Source of the DNA: Eledone cirrhosa
Taxonomy: Eukaryota
DNA length: 64,000 nucleotides
NCBI GenBank assembly: GCA_964016885.1
Contig: OZ024740.1
Span: 233,864,001 to 233,928,000, forward strand
Direction of reading: 5' to 3'
The stretch's first letter is position 1. Each line of letters begins with the position of its first letter. Shown here piece after piece: positions 52,946 through 64,000 of this stretch. The notes below the pieces were generated by a model. The model made no database searches and had not been told where the DNA came from. It saw only the letters and a list, made by a program, of their open reading frames with translations. The translations under genes and the position numbers were made by a program.

Positions 52946-53236
52946 TGGGTTTTTATTTTGTGTCTCTCCTTTGTTCTGTACCACACAAAGATGATGTAGG
53001 ACAGAACAGAGAAGAGACACAAAATAAAAACATACCTTATTGCTAAGAATGTAGCTTCTAATTTGAATGTAAGGAGATGGGTGAAAAACCAAAGATATGG
53101 GTTCGACTCCCATGTACGTCAATACTCATCTTTTTCCATTTCTTAGAGAGTTATAAAAACACCACTATCAGGCTAAAATGTATTTAGTCAAGAATACTAC
53201 AAAAGCTTCTATTTCTAATATATATACATATACATT

Positions 53237-56200
53237 GATATTAAATAAATGGAAACTATATTTATAAAACCATATTTATTCTATTATATATATTTCAAGG
53301 GAACCAAAACTTTAGTACGCTTTCATCAGATAAAATAGAAAGTTTGTTTTATAAATGTTGACATAACCAAGAAAAGATACCTTAACGTTTCAACTTTTTT
53401 CTTGGATAGTGAATGGAAAAGAGAAGAAAAATCAGATATTTCAAATTATTAAGATGAGTATGCAAATGAGGTTGAGGTATAAGGCTGAAAAACGTTATTT
53501 TAGACGCTATGCAGAATTTAAATAATTAGGATATATGTATGTATGAGTAGGAAAAAGAAAAAAAGAAAGAAGAGCTTGTATTTACGTTAATTTAAAAGGA
53601 ATTAACAATTTACGGGAATGGTGGAATATGATTCCAGAATTTAAATTTATTTAGCTATATTATGAGCTATAATATGGTATATATAATCAATTAGATTATA
53701 TGAAGAATTATGGTTGTAAGTAGATTTTATCTTATTACATTACAATAGGTTGTAAGTATATAAATATCTATATAGATTAATAATTGTGCATGTATAAGTA
53801 TTATAGAAATAGAAATAATTTACAATTATTAGTTGTTTACATTTCTAATATGAGTTACGGAGAATATTGATTTTGCATTTTACATTCAAAAAAAAACCAG
53901 GTAGTTCAAGTTGTAAGAGGAGAATAATTTGTAGATTCGAATATTTTGTACCAACACTGAAAATGTTTTCAGAATATTGTTAATTTAGCGAAGTTATATA
54001 GTTTATCATACATATTATATTATAATACTAGCATAGGCACGCGGCGTTGCCCGGGAATGAAATTGTTCCTTACATATTAGAAGAAAAGAGCAAAATATGT
54101 TGTATAGAAATGTGTTATTCTAAATTCAATTTATTCTTCACGATGAAATCAATTCTGATTTCATAAAAAAAAATAATTGTTGTGAGCAAAATAAATTTCC
54201 AATTTCATGGAGGAGAGGGGGGGGGGGCTAAGAAAGGGTCGTGTGTGTGTTCACCTTTAACCAAAGGAAGCAAATGTTGTTAGGATAAATAAGTAAAGGT
54301 AAACCGGGCTTGTTAAGAAGAGCGATGACGTACCTGTCTGTCCACTGTAGCGCTTATAACACTGTTTTAGCGGATGCTGGACGATTTGAATTTACCATTG
54401 CGGTAGCCGTGAAACAATTTCCAGTAGGGCCCCTTAAATAGGGTTGTGTGTGCGTTCACTGACAGCACTAAAAATGAGGAGTCACCATCAACAATTTCGG
54501 TCCTAAAAAAGACCGTTTTATCGTTCACTTGCAGCCCTTGAAAGGACTTTGACTGCGTTCTCCAACGGCCGCAAAAAGGACTTCAGTTGCGTTCATTGGC
54601 AGCCATTAGAATGACTCTGTATGCGTTCACGATTTGTTCAGCTGCCTTAAATTTCCGTGCCGATTGTCAAGCCAGGTTCCTCTCTGAAGGCGATCATCTT
54701 AAACCGAGGAAAACATACGTTTTAGTTAAGAGACTGTTTAAAAGCTCATCACGCTGGCTAAAGAAATGGTGATTACTGACCTATCTCCTTGCTGTTGCAT
54801 TTAGAAGACCTCGTTGTAAACGATGTTTCTTGTTTTACCTCGGTGTGCAAATGCGAAAACACTTTCCCTGCTGCCCACTCTAGAGCACCCAACGTACAAT
54901 TGTTCCGGCCACAGAAAGAGTCTCGTGCATAGTATATGAAGATTTCTAGGTGTTCCTACTCGTGAACAACCTACATATTATTCTTGGTTAAAAACCGATT
55001 CTCTCATTTGAGACTAACCATGAGCTTTATGGTCATAGCAAAACCGGCTCTAACAGGGAACCGTTAGAGAATTTGAACGGCAGCTCGGTAGAGGATAAAT
55101 GCTTTTTCTCCTTGTTGGAGATGGTTCATAATTCGCCTGATTATTAAGCGTGTGCCATTGCATAGACGTTTGATGGACATAGCAAAACTGACCCGAAGCG
55201 GAAATTGGAGTCTTCAGAAGATGAACGGAACTTCTGCTCCCGAGGGAATGAGAGGAATTCTCGGAATGAAGACACCCTTTCCGCATTCAGAAAGGATTGT
55301 TGCCTCGATTAAATGTGCTATCAATTTTTTTACAGCCAGCCGTGTCCCGTTGCACAGTCTTTGTGGTTCCAAATTCTGCAGCAGCATTACAAGGGGTGCC
55401 AACTTTAAGGAGAAGCATGTGAAGCGGTAGTCCTGGGGGCTCCAAAGAATTGAGGAACTCCGGCGGAAAGTTCACCACTTTATTGGGATCTGGCATCGTG
55501 TCAACAGATTTGTAAGTGTGAAGAACACCAGTCAGGGAGTGCAGTAGTTGGTCGTTGGTTTTGTTAACAGCAACGTTTTTTGGAGCTAGCACTGCTCTTT
55601 CACACAACCATGCGTGGTTCCGATAATTGTCTCTCAAATCTGGAAACACTTTGTCTTTCAGTTCACCTGCAGAATTAACTGAGTTCGAAAATGGCTACAC
55701 TTCCAGCTCTCCTGCAGCGTCCAGAGGTATTTTGCCGTCGCCAAGTTTCAAAATGTCCTGTGTAAATTCCGCGGATGTTTGGTCACCGTGTAATTGAGCT
55801 CTCATGTTGGTTGTAAGAATCATTGTCCTGACATGGCGCCACAGAGGAGAGGACTTTAAGCATGCTGGTACCTCATCTACTCTTGTGCCTTTGGGAATGA
55901 CGGGAAGAGTCTACCTGAAGTCACCCGAAAGCAGAAGCGTAACACCTCCCATGGGAGCCTGGCAGCCTCTGATGTCCTTTAGAGCTCTGTTTAATACGTC
56001 CAGACCTCCCTTATGGGCCATGGTGCACTCATCCCACACAATAAGCTGACATCGTTTTAGGACTTGGCCCTGGTCGGAGGTCTTGCTGATGCTGCAAGTA
56101 GGCGTTTCTGGCGTTGTTATATTGAGAGGCAATTTAAAACTGGAGTGTGCGGTCCAGTCACCGGGCAACAAAGTGGCAGCAATTCCAGAAGAGGCAACAG

Positions 56201-59200
56201 CAACCGCAATGGCCTTGTGCATCCTGACTTTTGCAAGGAGGAGTCTCGTTAAAAATGTTTTTCCCGTCCCTGCAGGAGCATCCAGAAAGAACATACCTCC
56301 TTTTCTGTGGCGCACATGGTCGGCAACAATGGTGTAAGCACGACGTTGGTCCGGAAGAAGTTGTAGTTCAGTTTCAAAGACGTACTTGGTAAGAGCATCG
56401 ACATCGTAGGACGTTTCTCGGAGAAGAGCTGTAAGAAGTACGTTTGATCCTGTACGGATTGTTTGGGGCAGACCACATGAGGGCAAATAATTTCCGCCGA
56501 GTGAGGCAACTCTATCATCTATGTCAATCAACGCTAGATTGAATACCTCGTCGCTGGTACGTTCCATCTCAGGGTACTTGCGCCTGACGTTTGTAGTCCT
56601 CGGATAAGTCATCTTTATACTTGAGCTACAAAGAGATAGGATTATTCAGTTCGCAAGTTTGCAGCAGCACTGCAAATAGAGCTCGTAGGCGCATAGGCGA
56701 TTGAGATGCAACAGATTCGAATAAAGTGGCATCCCACTGCGCACTGTCTTCTAGCAGGCCGCGCTTGAAGCAAGCTTGTCTGTAAGTGCTGCACGTGGAA
56801 CCGTCGGCAGTTCTAAGGTCATGAAAGGACTCGTGTCCTCCTACTGGTTCGGGTGCACTGTGTAAACTCTCCCTAGGCAACTGTCAAACTTTATGCCAGG
56901 ATGTCCATCAACAGGCTGACCTGCCTTTCTGCGAACCCATTGTTGTTTATTCCATGTGTAATAGGACGACACCTTAGGATACAGCAGGGTTTGAGCAAAT
57001 GAATCGGCCTGACAAAGTTTGAAGAATGCAGTGAGGGTGGTTTCCCGTGGTTCCTCCACCATTTGAGCAGCATTAACGTCAGTGAAGTACACCTTTTGAC
57101 CGTTCTCCAGGTGGACTGCGAGCTGTTCAATTGCAAGGTGCCTTTGGTGTATAGGGAATACGCCAGAAAGCCTCGTTGCTGCTGATGTGACGGCCAAGTT
57201 GGTATTGCGTGACCTCGTCACGGCTGTTGTCCTGTTGAAGACCGAACATAGCAGCGCTGAACCCTTATTCACATATTTACATATGTACTTGATTGACTTG
57301 ACGGAATTACAGAACTCGACATTGATGTGAGCACCGAAGGTCTTGGAAAGAAATGGGCAGTACGACACTATCTATCTGTTGTCGATCTCGTGCTGTCCAA
57401 CTGTTGCTGTGAAACCACCGTCTCCGGGTTGGCGTCGCCTGTACAGTGGGTATCCGTCAACGCCAGTCTGGGTTTCTTGGAGGAACTTTCGGGAAAATCT
57501 TTTGCTGCAGACATTGTCGTTCAAGCAGGGTGAGCTTAAATTGAAGCCCCGCCCATATGGACCATGGACCATGTTTGTCTTCACTATGTCATAGAGGTCT
57601 TTGGTTATAGATGGAGGATCAGGAAACTCTGCGGAGATGATGCTGTCAATGTCATTTGAAGATATTTTTGTTGACAGCCAATGAGGATGTGGGCGTGCGG
57701 TAGGCCCCTCGTCTGCCACTCTACGGTGTACATGTCGCATTTTACTGGGCCAAAGACTTGCCCTCTCTTGATGAGCTCCATGCGATTGATAAGCTTCAGC
57801 CGAAAGACTCGGGCCAGGAGGTCATGCCTGTCTTTAGCCTGTTGCCCATGGAACAGTTCTGTCCCGATATCCTTCCTCTTTGGATTGCAAGTGAATGTGA
57901 TGAACAGATCGGGCCTGCCGTAATGCCGTACGTAGGTCATAGCATCCTGCGTTCTCTCGTGCGTGTAGCGCAGACTTCCGGTAAAGGTAGAGGGGAGAAT
58001 GAAGACTTTTCCTACGCTGCTGGGAGCTGCGTCATTGTTGATGGCATCTCGGAGATGGATGTAGCTCCCGGACCGCAGTTGCCTTTGGTGTGACCGTATG
58101 AAACACAGTCTCTCCGATTCCATTTTTGCGTACATATCAACGGCGAATTGCTGAAGTAGGTCTCTTGACTGGTGCAGGTGATTGAAGGAATCGGGGCGAA
58201 CCCTGAAGCGGTAGGAGTAGATATCCATGCATGAAACTGTTTTTTTTGACGGAGTGTTGAGGGTTTACTGGATTATGCTGGTGAATTCCGTACTGATAGC
58301 CGTCCTCATTTACAAAGAGAAGTGGATACTGGAGCGCATCGTAAGATCTATGTGTTTCGCTGATTCGCTGAAGAGTGCTATCTTGACGCTTGAGGATAAT
58401 GTCTCGTGGATTATGCTGACCCGCATGCTTAAGTACAGCGATTTCATTGCATGCAGAATAATTATACCCGGATGCTCCTCAGATGGAATTTTCGAGGCAT
58501 CGATTACCACATTATAATTGGCTGTGGTATCTGCTTCCAAGGCATAATTAAAGCTAATGACAAAGCTGTTTTTTTGTGTGCAGAATTTCTTGCAGTTTCC
58601 TTATAAGCTCGACGTTGGAACCAGGTGAAATGGAGTTCCTGACGGCTACCTGCTCGTTGACATTCCCAACAAAGTACAGCTGAAGAAATTGAGGTTCTTG
58701 ATTGACGGCAGGTTGGAGGGATCCGATTCTATGATACACCTGACTTTGCACCTTAAATGTGGGCATAAATCCACCTTCCTTGACAATGTTCGCCCCCAAA
58801 AGATGTCATTTGGAAAGCACAGTTATACCTCCGAATGTAAGTCAGGAAATTCCATGACTCCGCAGTACTGCCTGAATGTAGGAGCTTCAACGGTTGTGGT
58901 GGATCCTCCAAGGGACGTAATTTTACTTTTCCATTTGCGCAACACAAGCCAGGTGTTTCTCCGGGCCACCTTTTTGCATTGCAGAAAGAGCACGTCTTTG
59001 ACATACTCCCAATTCGCATGTCTGGATCGCCACTATAATCAACGTAAGGGTTGCACTCGAATGCTTTTAAGGACCATCGTGAGCAACACGGCCTTGAAAT
59101 ACCTGCCCAAAGTCCCTTCGTTGAGCATTACATTGTAGTCGAATGTCTCGTTCTTGCGAGGTCTGTGTAGCTCGCGCAGCAGCAGTATTCGCAGCATCCG

Positions 59201-60705
59201 TACTCCGACGTCTTTTACGCTGGTCTTCCATCTCGGCAGCTCGTTAAACAGAAGTTGATGCGGCATTGCGGTTCGACGAATGGTTCGTTCGTTGTCTGTT
59301 TCAAGTGCTCTTCTGGTGGCAGCACGTTTAACATCTTGTGACAGTTGAATAACAGATTCCACTGACGATTCGTTTGCACGCCATGTTCATGTTGTTGCTG
59401 CTTTCGCAGTTTTTTGACCAATGGAGTATCTCTTCCTTCGAGGCATGACCTAAAAGCAGGACGAAGTACACTGAAACTCACTGGTAGATTAAGGAGTAAA
59501 CTCGTCAGTGAATTAAAAACCGATGCATGTGATTTCCGAACGGTTGACTATGTAATTGCTAAGCCATGTGTGCAGTCTTAACAGGGGTATGGATAGTGAG
59601 AGGGGTAACAGTAAGAGCAACGGTTGGAATGAGTGTAAGTTAGTAAATATGTTGTCACCGAAAAAATGGCATAAGTGAAACGCCACACGCACGTACACAC
59701 ACACACTCACGCACGCAAACGCTCAAACGCACGCAAACTCATGCACGCACGTGTGCACGTACACACACACACATGTTAATAGATTTAACTCTTAGAGGAA
59801 CGCTGCACGAACACACACACATGCACGCACGCACACACACGCACACATGTTAATTAGTTATAGCTTTCCGTCGCCTCTTCCACTGTCATGTATCAAACAC
59901 AGCGTCTGTCGCTCTCTCTCTCCCGCTATCCCCCTATTTTAGTCTGTCTGTTTCTTTCACTCTCACTCTTTCTCTTTATAACTCACTCACATTTCTCCCC
60001 TCTATCGAAAAACGCTGTGACGAATGGGGAGATGGAGGAGGAGGAGTAGAGAGCCACTTCGCCACTTCGCCTCTCCGTTTCTTTCTCTCCCTCTCACTTC
60101 CTCATTATGTACAGACATTGGCCACTTCACTAATTCGATCCCTAGGACTAAATAATTTGAAAATTTGTTTTGCTCAAAACACTCACAGGGCCATACGTAT
60201 TACATGTGTAAAGTTTGAAAAAAAAACGGTTGGTTACTTCTCGAGTTTTAGGTAAAAAGATACACAGACATTCTTTTGTTTTATATATAGAGATAATGTT
60301 TATGTTTGCACGATTGAAAATTGAAAGATAACTCCAATCTTGTTTGTTAACCGTTAAATTTGATGAATGATTTACTCAGAAAATATATAGAGAAAATTAT
60401 ATAATATTTTGTGTGACATTAATTTCAATTATATATTATTTTAGTCGAAAGGAGTGTAAAAGTTTGAAAATCAAAAGGAGAGGAAAAAAGTAATGTGCAT
60501 TTCGAAGAACTATCGTAAAGAGGATAAACTTTCAGAATGTCAATTAAATATTATCAATCTACATCTAAAACAATATATTTAGACGGGTATCATTAGGAAA
60601 ATAATGTCAAAAGGTAAAAATAGTAGAGATATTAAAAATATTAAAAATATTAAATTATAAACATTTATATTTGTTGAATTACCAACAAATTGAATATCCC
60701 TTTTG

Positions 60706-60708
<3 letters not shown>
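53237..60708 (-). mobile_element. PLE pseudo-LTR (HHR at 53277-53337) interrupted by a Helitron
   Basis: 53237-54010 and 60295-60650 align consecutively to 17210-18230. 60655-60708 is an inverted copy of the terminus seen at 17115-17168. Confidence 0.75.
54028..60293 (-). mobile_element. Helitron, full span with degenerate RepHel
   Basis: Starts A|TCTCTATATATAAAA and ends with a CCGGGCAACGCCGCG hairpin then CTAG|T. Frameshifted motifs include CCANGK, PDLFITFTCNP, EWQTRGLPHAH, KYICKYVNKG, DAPAGTGKT, SGDFR and QLYVGCSRV. Confidence 0.93.
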
Positions 60709-60749
<41 letters not shown>

Positions 60750-60753
<4 letters not shown>

Positions 60754-62195
60754 GGAGGTGAGTTTTATTGTAGTACAATAAAGCAATGCAGATATCGGAT
60801 AAGAAGCACTCTACAGTTTGTGGGACTGGAGTATGCATAATATAAGATCAAAAGATGGTTAAAGGAGTTCCATATATTTTATTATGCGCATTTCAAAAAC
60901 AAACATCATCAAGCAATAATATTTGTGTTTTCATCAGATAAAACAGGAGAACATGATATGAAGGCTAAAAAACACTTGTTGCTAGTGCAGTTTTAAATCA
61001 ACATATGAAAAGTGGTTTTAGATTGATGTGTGATATTGGGAAAAATATTTTATTTAGAGAGGGGGGGGAAAGGATGAGAAGGGAAGGAGATGAGAGGGAG
61101 AGATGGGTGATAGAGAGAAAGAGATAGTTTTTATAACTGAGAGGAGATATATTTTTTATATAGAGGGGTTGAAAACCGTTGGAAGATACTGTATAAATTA
61201 AAAATTTTGAAAATTAACGAAGGGGGGATATGTGCGAGGAAAAAATATTTTATTTAGGGAGAGGGGGGTGGAAAGGATGAAAAAAAGGGGGAGGAGATGA
61301 GAGTGAAGGTGGAGAGGGAGAGATGGGTGATAGAGAGAAAGAGATAGTTTTTATAACTGAGAAAAAGATATATTGTTTTAATATAGAGAGGTTGGGAACC
61401 GTTGGAAGATAATGTATAAATTAAAGGAATTTGAAAATTAACGAAGGGAAATTATGTATGAAGATAGAGAGAAAAAAATAATAATTGTGGGTGAATATTC
61501 TAACGTCAAAAGAAGAAATGTATGTATTGTGGCAATTTCAAAATTAGCAAAGAGAGAAATGTTAAGGTTTATGTGTAGAAGGATTTGAGAAAAATAATGT
61601 GAAGTTAAAGTTTGTATATTGAATTCATATGTATTAATAATGAGTTCGTTGATGGGGAGAAAAAAATAATAATAAATTAAGGATGAAATTGAGATTAAAA
61701 AGATTTATGATAGAGAGAAAAAATAATAATGATTGCGGATGAATATTCAAAATGTCAAAAACAAATGTTATTGTTTTACGAGAAGATAGAATGAGGGTAA
61801 TGAGTAAACGAGTATTATAGAGTGTATAATGCCCTTTAAAGTAAGGTAGATGGGTATATTTTAAAGAGGTGTATGTATATGTGCCTTTGAGAAAAGATTC
61901 TAAATTGATAAAGAATTGAATATTAACTGTATACTTTGTGAAAAGTTCTATGGAATTTATGCAGGCAGATAGAAAACAAATCTGAGCGTCTATTTATTAT
62001 GGATTCTAGGTTAGAGATAATGGTAAATTTTTCATTTAGGCAGAGATTACAGATTTTAGATAGAGAGCTGTTCAAGTATGAGGATGCAGAAGAAATCTTT
62101 TTCCAAAAGATGCTATATTTAATGTTTTTGTCTTTTAAGGACCATATGAGTTCTGAGAGACACTGCTCTCTCAGAACTCATATGGTCCTTAAAAG
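60750..62195 (-). mobile_element. Heavily 5'-truncated Penelope-like element (GIY-YIG C-terminus and pseudo-LTR)
   Basis: 61923-62165 (minus) reads IWSLKDKNIKYSI..CNLCLNEKFTII..IINRRSDLFSICLHK. A 28-bp fold-back sits at the truncation point (62133-62194), and there is an internal duplication at 61039/61238. Confidence 0.8.
60876..60944 (-). ncRNA. Type I hammerhead ribozyme with long helix II
   Basis: GTTTTAT-CTGATGA-AAAcACAAATATTATT(gctt)GATGATGTTTGTtTTT-GAAA-TGCGCA-TA-ATAAAAT. Confidence 0.85.
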
Positions 62196-62326
62196 AGTGA
62201 GTGTGTTCTGTTATTAATTCTGGCAATATTGCACAAAAATGACCCTCCCCAAGTATATACACACACATATATGTATACATATAAATATATACATATATGT
62301 ATATATATTTGATATTTCTATTTCAG

Positions 62327-62413
62327 CTGTTACGTATACATTACATATTATTGGTTTTATGGTAGCTTTCCTTCTGGGAGGATATTTCAGTCAATTTTAT
62401 GTTACACTTGAAG
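62327..62413 (+). CDS. SLCO/OATP transporter coding exon 4
   Basis: tttcag acceptor and G|gtaagt donor, phase 1 to phase 1. VTYTLHIIGFMVAFLLGGYFSQFYVTLE matches OATP TM5. Confidence 0.85.
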
Positions 62414-62766
62414 GTAAGTTTGATAATAATATCTCACACATAAGTGAATACTAAATTTCGAATTCTCTTACATCACGTTACTCTTAACAGAATACAATGG
62501 GATTCATTCGCCTCTCTCAGCTTTAACTATATAAATGTCGTGTGAGGTAAAACGGAGTTTTCATTTCTATCATTGCGGATGAAGACGATAATTCAGGTGA
62601 GGGTCAAAACCAACTCCATCACCACTAACTTAAAATACAAAATTATGTATTTACAATTTACAATAAATAATGTACCTTATGAAGATTAAGTTTTTGAAAA
62701 TCCGTATGAGATTTATATGGGATTGGTTATATTATATATTCATGTATATAAAAATCATTGATGATG

Positions 62767-62882
<116 letters not shown>

Positions 62883-62996
62883 GTAAATTTTATATTTATA
62901 TTTATATATATTTGATATAACTATAAATATGTAGGGTAGTACTAAGTACTAGCCTAAATGTTCTAAATGACTAGTTATACGTTTTCGACATTCCTT

Positions 62997-63045
62997 ATGA
63001 TCCGATGAATCCAGACTTCCCTCTGGAAGAAACAATTGTCAGCTA
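62997..63045 (+). ncRNA. Decayed hammerhead motif
   Basis: CCGATGA-aTCCAGA(cttccc)TCTGGAa-GAAA-CAATTG-TC, with a U4C change and poor helix I. Confidence 0.5.
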
Positions 63046-63084
63046 ATAAATGTTCTAAACTAAAATGTTATCGTTTTAACACTT

Positions 63085-63195
<111 letters not shown>

Positions 63196-63495
63196 TAGAG
63201 TATACACTCAAAGAGTCATTCACAATTAATTAGCTCAAAGAAAGAAGCATTTCTGAGCCGTGCAATACAAGTTAATATAAATTAATATATGATAAACACC
63301 TAAGTGTTTGTATTGTAAAAGACAAAAGTTAGCTAGAATGAAACAAACTAATTCAAATAAATATAGCCTGCCTGTATCGATTTAAAAAATAATAAATCAA
63401 TATGCACAAACTCATATTGGCAAATAGCCGTGGTACCTAGACAAATTTAAATTTCAAAATTCAAACCTATTCCACAGATCAATCTGAACCTCAAA

Positions 63496-63563
63496 ATCCA
63501 AACATGTTTCGCAAACGATGGTATTAAAGTGAAATTATCGATTTTCTGTGCTTATCAATAGGT
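63496..63563 (-). ncRNA. U3-A8 hammerhead motif (relative of 48007-48075)
   Basis: CCTA-TTGATAA-GCA...TGC-GAAA-CATG-TT-TGG. Confidence 0.6.
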
Positions 63564-63738
63564 ACCCAGAAAAATTAAGTTACTTCACCTCGAAAAGATG
63601 TTGAAGGTCTGGTTTACGAGCACGAACGCACGAGGTTTTGCACTCGGTTCTTCCAGCTCACTAGCTATCTCATACTCATGGCGCTAAAAATAACAGCCGT
63701 TTATATGTGATTAAAGATTAGCTCAACCGATATGAGTT

Positions 63739-63826
<88 letters not shown>

Positions 63827-64000
63827 TGGTGGTCATCAATCTGAAGGAAAACAAGAAGACGATACTTTGGTTCGTGAAGACGTTCCCTGGCAATGAACGG
63901 AAAAAAGCGAAGATAAAACGTCGTTATATGGACCGATGAGAACAAATACACGCAAAGACAAGACCACGTTGAAGTCGTAGACTAATATTCTATATAGGAA

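Overview
Eukaryotic, AT-rich, microsatellite-dense animal DNA. The SINE types, (TA)n density and transposon spectrum suggest an octopus or other cephalopod (inference). The only host gene I can support is an SLCO/OATP organic-anion transporter on the + strand, with four coding exons at 44619-62413 and the rest beyond the window. Most of the remainder is mobile DNA: an intact RTE LINE ORF (APE, RT, three C2H2 fingers), six Penelope-like element (PLE) copies or fragments, two Helitrons with exact TC...CTAG ends, a deleted mariner, two L1/Tx1 RT fragments, a solo LTR and tRNA-derived SINEs. The main hidden signal is RNA structure. By eye I find about 35 type-I hammerhead ribozyme (HHR) motifs, intact or decayed. 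Ten lie in a 310-bp retrozyme-like tandem array with a polarity switch (24809-27905). The others are in PLE pseudo-LTRs and small non-coding fold-back elements. At least five unrelated families use the compensatory U3-A8 core (UUGANAA), and several have long helix-II insertions. All folds were paired by hand, and no database search or folding software was run.
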